DNA from: Monosiga brevicollis MX1
Lineage: Eukaryota
Direction of reading: 5' to 3'
Length of the DNA: 20,000 nt
Assembly (NCBI RefSeq): GCF_000002865.3
Contig: NW_001865085.1
Location: forward strand, 189,162 to 209,161
Positions 1-11,889 of the stretch are shown here, one piece after another. Every line of letters starts with the position of its first letter. The stretch's first letter is position 1. The translations under genes and the position numbers were made by a program. A model generated the notes under the pieces. That model saw nothing but the letters and a program-made list of their open reading frames with translations, ran no database searches and was not told where the DNA came from.

Positions 1-36
1 CAAGGCCTTTGCAATGCCGGAAGGGATTCGACGCAC

Positions 37-1039
37 AGAAATGTGTAGGTAGCCACCAATAACCGACAGGCTGGCCAAGCCATTCAAATTAACCAGGGCT
101 CCGTTTCTCTGAGACCCACACCAAGCCGCGGAAGGGTGCCATGAAGATGGGCAGCAACGGGCGAGGAGGGGAATGGCGGATGCGTAGTTCCTTCCCTTGA
201 CATGCATCAAGGGAGATCGGATGACAGACCTCTATCCGGACGTTTCCGGTGACGTTGCGCAGCTCGACAAGTACGAGCAGGTCGCTCGCTAGCAGAGCAC
301 TGCAACCAGACAGGATAAGATCGCCTCTTATTTCCGTGACGCCAGCAGGCACATTGCTGAGGCTGCACGAGCTTATATTGGGCGAGATCACGGGCTCAAG
401 ACTTGTGGTTGTGGGAGCTGGTGAGGAGGTGAAGATGCTGGTGGTGCGGCCAGCCAGCGCAGCGACAGCCTGCTGCAAGATCGCGAGCTCATCCAGCAGC
501 GGCAACCCATTGACTGATACTTTCCCGGATCTGCTGCTGTTGAGAATGACATTGCCAAGGGGGTCCAGCGTCATTTCGGCCTGAACGGTTGGAGAGTTGG
601 CCATGACGCCGGGAGGCGACGATGTAAGCGCTGGGACAAGAAGCTCTATTTGCGCTCGCAGCAGCAACAACTCGGCGCGGACGTCAATGCCATTGAAAAG
701 AACCGTGCTGCCATTCAAGTGCAAGCCACCGCCATCATCGACGCCAACGGTGACATCCTCAACACTCGAACCAGCCACAGGGGTGGCAGCCGGGGTCGAG
801 GTCGAGGTCATGGCCGTGGGGGTAGTCCAATCAGAGAAGGCGGCCGTGGCATTCTGTTTCAGGGCGCCTAGCTGCGCCACAACGTCAACGCCATCAACCA
901 ATACACGTTTCGAGCAGTTGACATGCAGTCGACCTGAATCGTCCACAATCAAGTGGCCATCCAGCACCAGCGCCCTGATACCACCGATCAGCAACACCGC
1001 CGCCAGCAGCTGCAAAAGCCGTACCCCTCTCCATGCCAT
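37..1039 (-). CDS. Paralog A (partial, runs off the window start): secreted receptor-L-domain-like repeat protein. Exon 1 is 1039-230, exon 2 is 108-37.
   Basis: ATG at 1039 gives the signal-peptide-like MAWRGVRLLQLLAAVLLIGGIRA, then three 'DxxGxLxLNxxxxVxxNGxDxxxxLxxL' motifs with S/T/P linkers and an L-domain start (IRGDLILSGC...LRNVTGNVRIE). A GT donor follows at 229. Exon 2 is a 72-nt phase-0 exon RNGALVNLNGLASLSVIGGYLHIS flanked by CAG and GTGCGT. Confidence 0.85.
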
Positions 1040-1131
1040 CACCGAACACTTTGGAGTAATCTTCGTCGTCGACCAAGTCCACCCCTGACATCCCAAGCCA
1101 TGGATCGGCCAGCGCTCAAACAGGACCGCCC

Positions 1132-1164
<33 letters not shown>

Positions 1165-1350
1165 GTGCATTTGTCGAAGTTTGTCTGACAACTTGGAAAC
1201 TGAGATGATGAAGAGAGGAGAGAAAGGGAGAGGAGAGAAAGGGAGAGAAAGGTAATAACACAACTACCACATGTAAAGGGGGATCAATTGGAGAGGGTAT
1301 ACACAATGACACTAACTACCACATGTGACAACAGGAAACAAAAGAAACAA

Positions 1351-1410
1351 GAGAGAGAGAGAGAGAGACGAAAAGAGAGAGAGAGAGAAGAGAGAAACTG
1401 AGAGAGAGAG

Positions 1411-1464
<54 letters not shown>

Positions 1465-1507
1465 ATTGGTTTGGTTTGGTCGGTTTGAGAAAGAGAGAGA
1501 GAGAGAG
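1351..1507. repeat. (GA)n microsatellite in the divergent intergenic region between paralogs A and B
   Basis: Long interrupted GAGAGA tract, directly visible. Confidence 0.95.
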
Positions 1508-1783
1508 CGTGTGCGTGAGATAGGATGAGGGAGTGGAATCAAAGGAACCAGCAGTAGGAGGAGGACATGGGCTGGAAATGGCGGCGTGGACGAGGAGATT
1601 GGGATGGCGGTGGCACGGGGCTGGAGTGCCAGAGGGGATGGTTGTCGGAAAAGTGGGCAATGAGAGGAGCAGCAGGGGGTGATTGGATACCCAACGGTTA
1701 GCTCAATACCAGCGTGTGTGTGTTGTGTTGGTGAGTGGTGTGTTTCATGCGAACATGGCGTGGCTCATTTTTTTTGCGTGGGC

Positions 1784-3341
1784 GTGCTCCTCTTCTTGGG
1801 AGTGATCGATCGATCGCGGTGATGGGGCGCCAGAGTTGCAAGTCGCAGCAATGGGGCCGGTCCTTGGTGCTCATGGCCCTGGCCATGCTGCTGGCCGGGA
1901 CGGGAGCACGGCCGACCATGCGCTTGGATGCCGTTGGGAACTTGCGCATCGACACCGGTCCGACCGAGACGGCTGCCAGCGTCTTGCTCAACGGCGTCGA
2001 TGCCGTTGGGGCCCTGACCACCCTGCGGCGGGCGATTGCTAATCTGGGCGGCCACATCATCGAGCCTGCTCCCCTTATCAAGGAGCCTGTCGAGGCAGCC
2101 AAGGCTCGCTTTGCCCTGAATGAGTGTGGCCATCTCGTCCTCAACAGCAGCGCGGGCCGAGGCGTTCTGTTGAATGGGATGGACGTCCTGCACGAGCTGA
2201 CGCTCCTCCAGCAAGCCACAGAGGCCCTAGCGTCGAGTGCTGCGATCGAGACGGCCTCCACGGCCTCAAGCGCCTCGGTGGCGCCTGTTTCCGCTTCCTG
2301 TTCTAAGCTGATGGATGCGAGGGCCGAAAATTCCATCACGGTCGACTCTGTGGGCAACGTTCATCTCAATTCGAGCGGGATGCAGGCCATATGGCTGAAT
2401 GGGCTGGATTTTCTCAGCGCGCTGACCGAGCTGCAAGCCGCGGTCACCCGTCTGGAGCAAGCCACCACGGCGTCTCCGAGCACCTCACCGGTCCCCGTCC
2501 ATGTCCATGTGGGCAACGTGGGCTGTGACCTGTCCGCAATCCCGCCCACCACTGCCACCATCCAGGGGAACCTGATGCTCGACCAATGCGGGGACGCGTT
2601 CACGGGGGCCGGGATGATGGTCTTGAGCCACCTCCAGCGGGTTGAAGGGTCTGTATCCATTTCGGTGCGTCGAATTCGGCACCAACCCAACCTCTTGAAT
2701 GCGACCATGATACACGATGCTGTCTGGGACGGTGCTTCACCCTGAGCCCCTCTTGTTCGACGCTAGGGCAATGCTGCTTTGACCCACGTGGATGGTCTGA
2801 GCAACCTCTATTACATCAGTGATAGCCTGACGATTGGCGTACGTGCTGTCGATGCCGTCCAACTGACGCAACCGTTCTTCTTGTGTTTCTGTGTTTCCGT
2901 GTTTATTTACTGACACTTTGATTTTTTTTTCTCCTTGGCAGAACAATGCTGCTTTGACCAGCGTGGATGGTTTGGGGCATCTGATCGACATCGGCGGCTC
3001 CTTGACAATTTCTGTATGCCGACACACACCTATTTTACAGCAAAGCGGCGTGCAAGGTCATGCCCGCATGTTCTCAACCACAATAATGGGTCTGTGTGAC
3101 AGGAAAATATGCAGCTGACCGACATTGATGGCTTGAGTGGTCTCAAGTCTATTCCTGGCCATGTTTATCTCTCCGTACGTCAGACGCATCATTCCGAGCT
3201 TTGCAAGGAAAAAGCCGGGACGCTCTTTGGATGGGTATCACCCCTTCAATCATACTCACTCTGGTTTCAACGGTATTATTATCAATATCATTTTTATGTT
3301 TTTCGCAGAACAATGCCCAGCTCACCAATGTATATGGCTTG
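1784..3341 (+). repeat. Near-identical segmental duplicate, copy 1 (copy 2 at ~6507-8057)
   Basis: Identity starts at GTGCTCCTCTTCTTGGGAGTGATCGATCG (1784 and 6507, offset 4723). It covers exons 1-4 and introns 1-3, weakens late in intron 4, and ends within exon 5 after ATGGCTTG. Confidence 0.95.
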
Positions 3342-5481
3342 AACAATCTCCACAACATTAGCGGCAGCTTGCAGATTAACGTGTGTACCTTTGTGACGGT
3401 TTGCCCTGCCCCTGGGCACCATGGCGCTGTCACCCGTTCTTACTTCCTTCTTGGCATGTTTGATCCCTTTGTTCGCAGAACAATGACAACTTGTTGAACG
3501 TGGATGGCTTGAACAATCTCCACATCATTGGCGGCGGCCTGCAGATCAACGTGTGTACCTTTGTCGCGTTTTGATCTGCCCCTGGGCGCCATGGCTGTCA
3601 CCACACGTTCTTACTTCCTTCTCTTTGCATGTTTGATCCCTTCGTTGGCAGAACAATGACAACTTGTTGAACGTGGATGGTCTGAGAAACCTCAGCGCCA
3701 TTGGCAGCTTCTTGGCAATTTCGGTACGATTACAGCAAGTTTGCGTGCACTCAACCCCAAATGCATGATCGGCTTTTCTCAACCACCAATGGTCCACGGG
3801 ACAGAGCAACATGTTACTCACCAACGTTGATGGGTTGAGCGGTCTTGGATCCATCCCGGGTTACCTTAATCTTTACGTACGGTACAGAGCCTGCCTTGCA
3901 ACAAAGCAATCAAAGTGTCCTTTGGAAGAATGATTGTTCTTACAAGGCATATTTGCGTAGAACAATGCCGCCCTGTCCAACTTACGCGGTCTGAACAGCA
4001 TTTCCTCCATTGGCCTAGACCTGGCGATTTCTGTATGTGCTGGCAGCAACCTTGGTGGCGTTCTAATTTTGTCCTCACCCTGTAAAACGTTTTTCGGCAG
4101 GCCAATGCCGTTTTGAGCAACGTCGACGGGCTTGGCAGTGTTACGAGCACTGGTGGTCGCTTGTATCTCCAGGTACGTTGTTGAGGGTGTCTCATGCTGA
4201 TGTTGCAGGGTTGGGTCCTGTCCGTCACATTTGGTGTTTCACTGGCTTGATCAGACCAATGTTGCCCTGTCCAATGTTGACGGGCTTGGGAATATCATCA
4301 GCGTTGGAGGTGACTTGATCGTGCGGGTATGTTTCTGTCCGAGCAAGCCGCGGGTCTAGCCCTCAACCCAATTGGGCTGGTGGTGCGCACTTCTGAGCGT
4401 CTCATGCGGAGGTACATTGCTGGCTGGTAAAGAACAATGTTGCGCTCACCAATGTGGATGGGCTTCGGAGTCTTATAAGCTTTGTTGGCGACTTGGTCAT
4501 CTGGGTTTGTCGTCGTTTGCGAGCATGTCATGCCAATGTTTTGTCTGCGCGAGAGCAGTTCGCATTATTTGAAGGTGTACTTTCAAACGTCTTATGTGAT
4601 GCTCTACTGATCGGGGCAGGGTAACGTCGCCTTATCCAATGTGAATGGGCTCATGGGCCTCACAAACGTTGGTTACCTCTTCTTCCACGTACGTTGTCGC
4701 GTGCTGGCGCCATGGCGGTGCTGTGGACTGGTGGACGGAAAGCCGATCAGGATAATGACGTTCCTTCAGGCGTCTCATCGGTTCTTTCTGCTGACCGGAC
4801 AGAGCAACCACGCCCTGACCAACGTGTACGGGCTTTCGAACCTCCAAAGCGTCGGTGGCTATTTGTTGATTGATGTATGTTGCGCGAAGGCTTGGCGTGC
4901 TGATGTTACAGTGTTGAGTGATGATCGGCGCAACGGGTGAAAATGTATAATCGTCTTGTGCTTTTGCCGGCTGGTGCAGTACCATGCCAGCTTGACCAAT
5001 CTTGATGGGCTGGGAAGGCTCACAAGCGTTGGTGACTACTTGAGCATCAATGTACGTTCTGATCTGAGAGCAACGTCGATGATGTGAGGGCGTGATATGA
5101 GATGGTGGTGTGCACGTCTTACTTACTACCTTGGACAGAACCTTGGCGCCCTGACCGATGTGGATGGGCTTGGAAATCTCACAGCCGTTGGTGGCTCCTT
5201 GGCCATCTTTGTACGTGGCTGAGGTTCAAGGAACATGCTGATCTTGCGGGTGTGGCCGAGTGCATCCTCATATGTAGTTGTAAACATCTCATTTCCCGAT
5301 TTGCCGGCTCGTGTAGTCTAATACGGCCCTGAGCAATGTGCAAGGGCTTGCAAGTCTTACATCCGTCGGAGCCGACGTTCAAATTTGCTCGAATCCTCAA
5401 CTAGACCTATTATCGGTGCCTGCATCGGTTCTGTCGCTTGGCACCTGCCAGGTTATTGGCGGAACATGCAGTCCCTGTTGA
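1822..5481 (+). CDS. Paralog B: secreted receptor-L-domain-like (24-aa LRR-like) repeat protein, 17 exons, ~694 aa
   Basis: Exons read by hand, all bounded by AG/GT in phase 0: 1822-2664, 2767-2838, 2942-3013, 3103-3174, 3309-3380, 3479-3550, 3652-3723, 3805-3876, 3961-4032, 4101-4172, 4255-4326, 4433-4504, 4620-4688 (69 nt), 4803-4874, 4980-5051, 5139-5210, 5317-5481. Repeat consensus xNxxLTNVDGLxxLxxVGGxLxIx. Hydrophobic signal LVLMALAMLLAGTGA. Cys cap C-x19-C-x6-CSPC-stop. No transmembrane segment seen. Confidence 0.9.
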
Positions 5482-6149
5482 ATTGCTGCTGTAGCTCGCG
5501 TTTGGCGTGATCTTGATGCTTTGCAGCATGTGGTGGGACTTGTTTGAGCCACAAAGTGTGGAGATTAGTCTGTATCTGAACCAAGCGCGCGAGCGGTGGG
5601 CCGCTTGGGAAGTGAGCGAGAGACCGTTAGGACGGAGCAGGAGATTTGATGGTGGTGAATGTCAATTCAAGCGGTTTGGTGACTAGGCTGCTGTATCTCC
5701 CGCACACATTAGGGTTGTTTGATTCGGAGGACAAGAACATTTTACACTTGTGTCAAACCGCAGGTGTAACTGCAAAAAAGTGGCAAGAGGTAGCCACGGG
5801 CTTTTGGCACACAAGGCAGTCTACTCGCAAGTTGTGACGCATTTAAGGACATGCGAGGTCCGACGCGTATCCCGCCAAACTTGCGCATCAGAGAGAGTTT
5901 GTAGGTATGCATGCGTGAATGCAACCAGATCAACAATAAGGAGTTGGACAATGATAGCTGTGTGCGCACCCAGAGCAAGTCTTTGACGATCGGATTTGAA
6001 GCCAGAGGTGGTTCATTAAAAAAATGGCTAAATTCGTGCCATAGATGAACGATCGAGAAACAAAGAGAGACGGAGAGGCAGGGGAGGCGGAGGTGGACAA
6101 ACGCTAAGACACCAGAAGGGCATGGAGACAATGGAGAGAGAGCTAGTTG

Positions 6150-6358
6150 GAGAGAGAGAGAGGAAGAGAGAGACAGAGACAGAGAGAGAAAGAGAGAGAC
6201 AGAGAGAGAGAGACGAGAGAGAGACGAGAGAGAGAGATAGAGAGTCGAGAGAGACAAAGACAGAGAGGCAGAGACAGAGGACAGAGACAGAGAAAGACAG
6301 AGAGAGATAGAGAGTCGACTGAGACAGAGACAGAGACAGAGAGAGCCAGAGAGGCAGA
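6150..6358. repeat. GA/GACA-rich microsatellite upstream of paralog C
   Basis: Interrupted (GA)n/(GAGACA)n tract. Confidence 0.9.
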
Positions 6359-6506
6359 GCCAAAAAAAATAAACAAAAAGGCGAAAGAGATGTCATACAC
6401 ATTGGAAAATGGAGGACATGTTGACTCGTTTGCTTGAAGGCAGTCACAAACATGACGTGACTCTGGATGTTTTTTTTTTTATGCGACATAGTGGAAAATT
6501 TGTGAA

Positions 6507-8057
6507 GTGCTCCTCTTCTTGGGAGTGATCGATCGATCGCGGTGATGGGGCGCCAGAGTTGTCAGTCGCAGCAGTGGGGCCGGTCCTTGGTGCTCATGGC
6601 CCTGGCCATGCTGCTGGCCGGGACGGGAGCACGGCCGACCATGCGCTTGGATGCCGTTGGGAACTTGCGCATCGACACCGGTCCGACCGAGACGGCTGCC
6701 AGCGTCTTGCTCAACGGCGTCGATGCCGTTGGGGCCCTGACCGCCCTGCGGCGGGCGATTGTTCATCTGGGCGGCCACATCATCGAGCCTGCTCCCCTTA
6801 TCGAGGAGCCTGTCGAGGCAGCCAAGGCTTGCTTTGCGCTGAATGAGTGTGGCCATCTCGTCCTCAACAGCAGCACGGGCCGAGGCGTTCTGTTGAATGG
6901 GATGGACGTCCTGCACGAGCTGACGCTCCTCCAGCAAGCCACAGAGGCCCTAGCGTCGAGTGCTGCGATCGAGACGGCCTCCACGGCCTCAAGCGCCTCG
7001 GTGGCGCCTGTTTCCGCTTCCTGTTCTACGCTGATGGATGCGGGGGCCGAAAATTCCATCACGGTCGACTCTGTGGGCAACGTTCATCTCAATTCGAGCG
7101 GGATGCAGGCCATATGGCTGAATGGGCTGGATTTTCTCAGCGCGCTGGCCGAGCTGCAAGCCGCGGTCACCCGTCTGGAGCAAGCCACCACGGCGTCTCC
7201 GAGCACCTCACCGGTCCCCGTCCATGTCCATGTGGGCAACGTGGGCTGTGACCTGTCCGCAATCCCGCCCACCACTGCCACGATCCAGGGGAACCTGATG
7301 CTCGACCAATGCGGGGACGCGTTCACGGGGGCCGGGATGATGGTCTTGAGCCACCTCCAGCGGGTTGAAGGGTCTGTATCCATTTCGGTGCGTCGAATTC
7401 GGCACCAACCCAACCTCTTGAATGCGACCATGATACACGATGCTGTCTGGGACGGTGCTTCACCCTGAGCCCCTCTTGTTCGACGCTAGGGCAATGCTGC
7501 TTTGACCCACGTGGATGGTCTGAGCAACCTCTATTACATCAGTGATAGCCTGACGATTGGCGTACGTGCTGTCGATGCCGTCCGACTGACGCAACCGTTC
7601 TTCTTGTGTTTCTGTGTTTCCGTGTTTATTTACTGACACTTTGATTTTTTTTCTCCTTGGCAGAACAATGCTGCTTTGACCAGCGTGGATGGCCTGGGGC
7701 ATCTGATCGACATCGGCGGCTCCTTGACAATTTCTGTATGCCGACACACACCTATTTTACAGCAGAGCCGTGTGCAAGGTCATGCCCGCATGTTCTCAAC
7801 CACAATAATGGGTCTGTGTGACAGGAAAATGTGCAGCTGACCGACATTGATGGCTTGAGTGGTCTCAAGTCTATTCCAGGCCATGTTTATGTCTCCGTAC
7901 GTCAGACGCATCATTCCGAGCTTTGCAAGGATAAAGCCGGGACGCTCTTTGGATGGGCATCACCCCTTCAATCATACTCACTCTGGTTTCAACGTTATCT
8001 TTTCTTCTTTAAATTTTTTCGCAGAACAATGCCCAGATCACCAATGTGGATGGCTTG
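6507..8057 (+). repeat. Near-identical segmental duplicate, copy 2
   Basis: Direct comparison with 1784-3341 shows only scattered substitutions and small indels. Confidence 0.95.
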
Positions 8058-8827
8058 GCTAGTATCAATTATATTGCTAGTCACCTCAGCTTGATTGTGC
8101 GTTTGGTCCGAAGAATTATTTGGCTCAGTACTTGGCCTCGGTTGACAAACACGTTTTTTATCAAGACCATGACGTTGTTTTTTTGCTTACAGGGCAACAC
8201 TGCTTTGAGTCAAGTCGATGGTCTGCGAAGCGTTACTAGCGTGCCCGGGCACCTCACCATTACGGTACGCCAACTCATGACATTGCTTGCCCTGCGACTA
8301 TCACAACTATTGTATCATGACTCCTTGCGTAGGAGAACGATTCAATAACAAACGTGGATGGACTTGGCAGTTTGGCTGGCGTTGCTGGTAACTTCGACTT
8401 GAACGTACGAAAATTGTGCTTGTGACCCTGCTTGCAACCATAGTGCCTCTTTTTTTTTTTTTGGCGCATTGTTGCAATTGGCTGATGATGACCCACGCAG
8501 TTTAACACTGGCTTGACCAACGTGGATGGACTGAGCAGTCTGGTTCGAGTCGGTGGGGATCTCAACTTGAACGTACGATAGCGTTGTGGTATTGACCCGA
8601 TGGTTGGCATGTGCTAACTATATTTGCACGCATTGCCGGTCCAACTGCCCTCCTTTTAGGCCAATGATCATTTGACCAGCGTCAGCGGTCTAGCTAGCCT
8701 GGACTCTGTTAATGGAGCCGTGCGTGTTTGCTCCAACCCTCACCTTGACCTTTGGAGCGTTCCCCTTGAACTAAATTCTCTCGGCGCCTGTCAAGACATC
8801 ACCACCGGAACGTGCGGCTCTTGTTGA
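6545..8827 (+). CDS. Paralog C: secreted receptor-L-domain-like repeat protein, 9 exons, ~504 aa
   Basis: Exons 6545-7387, 7490-7561, 7664-7735, 7825-7896, 8025-8096, 8193-8264, 8333-8404, 8501-8572, 8660-8827, all GT-AG and phase 0. Same repeat consensus as B. Terminal exon ends ...VCSNPHLDLWSVPLELNSLGACQDITTGTCGSC-stop. Confidence 0.9.
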
Positions 8828-9567
8828 TGACGCACCGCTACTCGGGCCTGATTGCACACAATTGCTCGGGTGTTTTTTTTTTCCCTCATGCCTGAATTTG
8901 ACTACAAACAACCTTAATATACTATAATGATCTCGAACCAGCTTTCGCGAAGATGAACCAAACACTTGGACCCATTCATCGCCAGATGAAACACGAGCCC
9001 TTCATTCCACTCCAAGGGCCAATGGGAATGACAGCTGATCTTCCCGTGCCGTCTCGGCCAATACTGTATTCAGATGCGTCATGTGGCCCGTGACGTGAAG
9101 GATGCGTCACAGCCGAACGCTGATCGAGGGGGACCTCAGCAGCTATCAACATTGAATTTTCATCTGATCTTCCTTTTTGCTTCTGGCAGACTCGCCGGTC
9201 GGGCTTTCCGATTACAAAAGGGGTGAAAGACTCCTCGCCGTGGCGGTTATTGGAGGCGAGAAAAAAGGTGAATGATGCTGCTCGTTCCCTTTGCGTTGCC
9301 GATGAGCTTAAAGTTGGCTCGCTAGCCGTCAGGAATGGTCGCTCGCATCCGGCAGTCAGCCACCGGGCGTGTAATACCATGGCTGGCAACGAGGCAGTAC
9401 ACGTTGTACGCACAAGCCCCGGATTTGCGGTGCTCTGGAAGCTGCTCGTAACAGGCGAGCTATCATGGCAAGCAAAGGGACAGTCCGGTTTTGCAGCGCT
9501 TTGGAAACTTTTGCTGTTGTGTTTTAGACTTTGATGATGAAAACAAAAAAAAAGACTTTGTGAAAAA

Positions 9568-9589
9568 GTGTGTGTGTGTGTGTGTGTGT

Positions 9590-9623
<34 letters not shown>

Positions 9624-9628
9624 CTGTG
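9568..9628. repeat. (GT)n microsatellite
   Basis: GTGTGT tract, directly visible. Confidence 0.95.
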
Positions 9629-10118
9629 TTCTTTACATTTTTCCTTTGACTCTTCTTCCTCTTGCTCTTCTTCTTCTTCTTCCCCTCTCTTTGGCGTTGG
9701 TATCATTCTCGGCATCGGCGGGTTGCTCGACGTGCCTTGCTTGTGTGCGTGGTGGCTGACTGCTTGTGCTTGGTACGGGACTCTCCTGGTCGTGGCCTTG
9801 CGGCGACGCCAGATCGCTTGATTGAGAGCATCGCTGCCATTTTTTTCCGTGGTGTGAAACCACTGATCTCGCCTCGCAGTCATCAGCGTACGCTTGGGCA
9901 AACAAATACACCGGGCCGCAACTGTCACCGAGAACTGTTGGCCAAAGGTGAGTCGCTTGACGACGTGCTGCCCGATGCAAACATGTACATCCATGGATGT
10001 ACGTCTGCTGTTTGGTATGCAGTTGTGTGGTATTGGCTACACTTTGAATATGTCACTGAGTAGGGTGACGTTATGGTATAACATGGGACATATACTGCAT
10101 GTTTGCATCATCCCACAG

Positions 10119-11889
10119 GATGGCTGGACACCACTGCACTGGGCCTGCATTCACGGTCATCCCACGGTGGTAAAGATGTTGTTGAAGCACGGTGTTGATT
10201 CTGACGCCAAGGCCAACGTCGGTACAGTACCTCCCCCTTCTCGTTACCCCTCTGACTGCTGCTCTTGCTCCCGTTGCTCGTCGCCTTTGCCCCGTCCCTC
10301 CTCTCCTCTACACCCTGCCCACCCGTGCGCGTCCGTTCTTCCCCCTGGCTCCTTTTTTCTTTCCCGCTATCCCTCTTTTCCCCCGTTTTGCGTCCGCCCG
10401 TTGTCGGTGCTCCCCGCGCCCCGACCCTGCGCCCCGCTGGTGTCTTCCGTCTGCCGTCCTTGCTCTCCCCTTTTCTACTCTATCCAGGCACCACTCCACC
10501 CTTTGCCGTTGCGCCTCTGCCTCTCTCGCTCGCTTCAGCGGCTTTTGGTGGTCGTTTCTTCAGTTTTACCCATCACACTGAGCTTTCCCTTTCTTTTTTT
10601 TTTTTCTTCCCCTCTCCAAACGCGCCTCCTTTCGAACCCCTGCTACCTGCCCGTACCATTTGTACACCACTCGCGCGTCTGGCGGCTTCGGCACACTCAA
10701 AAGAATTTTCGCCTGTGTTCTGAGAAAACAAATGCACGTCGCCCAACTCAGCCCTCGCGTCGCTGCCCACCTTACACGCTCCAATCACATGTTCTCAGAG
10801 TGGCGAAACGCCCCTCGAATGCGGACGTCGCAACGGACATGGCGACGAGCTGGAGCCCGTGTTTGCTGCTCACGAGGCTTGCCTGTCACAACCACCCGCA
10901 TCCCTCGCTCCGCCCACGCCGGCACCGCCTTCAGCCTGGCTGCCGTCTCTGCCCACCACCCCCACCCTCGAGGTCAGCCTGCTCTCCCATCTTATTTTCC
11001 CAATGCAGTTACTACCCCAATCCCCACGGCCTTATCCAACCTGATCACGACCAATGGCACCACGCAACCCTTATTTAGACCACGGCCTCTGTTGTGGTGG
11101 CAGTGGACAGGTGGCTCAAGCCGCTCCTGCCCGCGCACACCACCACCCATCCCCTCTCTCACCTCGATGCATTTATCAACGGTGCTGCCAAACAAGACCC
11201 CAATCTTGGAACGGCAGTTGCTTCAATCCGCAAAACCATCGATGAAGCTCGACCAGATTGTCCCGCCATGGACTGGGCTACCTTTCAGGCGACCATTACC
11301 CAGGTTCTCAACGCACTCGACCAGGCACTGGCAGCGCCCAAAGCGTTGAGCAACCGCTTGAAGCAATTGGACCCCAACACTGACAACCTAGAATCAATAC
11401 TGCAAGAGCTGCATGGTGCCACGACTGGATTTGAGCTGCAACCAGCTTTTCTTGAGCTTCAGACCTTTTTGGCAGCATGCCCCGCTCCACCCACCACGCC
11501 AGTGATTGCGCCCAAAACGCCACCCTCCGACCTAGCGGCGGCCCTGAGCAAAGTCATCGTTCTGAGCGGCGTGGAACCCAAACGTCAAGAGCTGCTCACC
11601 AGCGCCAACAGCAACCTCAAGCGCTTGGTGCTGGCCTTGATTGATGCCCTGGGTGCCGTGGCAAGAGCGGGAACCAATGACACGATTCATCGCGTGGAGA
11701 CGCTAGGGCAGTGCGCGCGATGCGTGGATGCGAGTGCGCCGCCGCCAGCCGAGGCATTGCCCGAGGCCTGGGAGGAGCTATGCCAAGCTCACGGGAAGCT
11801 GAGCCTAACGCTATGCAGAGGCAAATGTCATACATGTGTTTTGTTCTGCCCCCTTTTAGGCTTGAGCTGTCGAATGAGAAACTTACATG
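10119..11889 (+). pseudogene. 5' part of an ankyrin-repeat + Pro-rich + alpha-helical domain gene, interrupted by the mobile element
   Basis: A 99-nt phase-0 ankyrin exon at 10119-10217 reads DGWTPLHWACIHGHPTVVKMLLKHGVDSDAKAN. Exon 10799-10972 reads SGETPLECGRRNGHGDELEPVFAAH (capping ankyrin-like) followed by a Pro-rich stretch. An exon from 11079 (TTASVVVAVDRWLKP...helical...MRNLH) is open up to the TTACATG repeat. Upstream exons (~9880-9998) are unresolved. Confidence 0.65.

Noticed and set aside
2767..5400. Regularly spaced similar ~72-nt units with unique spacers, superficially CRISPR-like
   Set aside because: The units are degenerate protein-coding exons bounded by AG/GT and the spacers are introns. 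The context is eukaryotic and no cas genes are present.
5742..6489. ORFs rich in SLSL or ERER (also at 1312-1660) and VCVC (9568-9821)
   Set aside because: Translations of GA and GT microsatellites.
10231..10640. Strongly pyrimidine-rich tract and its Pro/Leu/Ser-rich ORFs
   Set aside because: Low-complexity intron sequence or poor-quality read sequence, possibly masking a degraded ankyrin exon. No supportable product.
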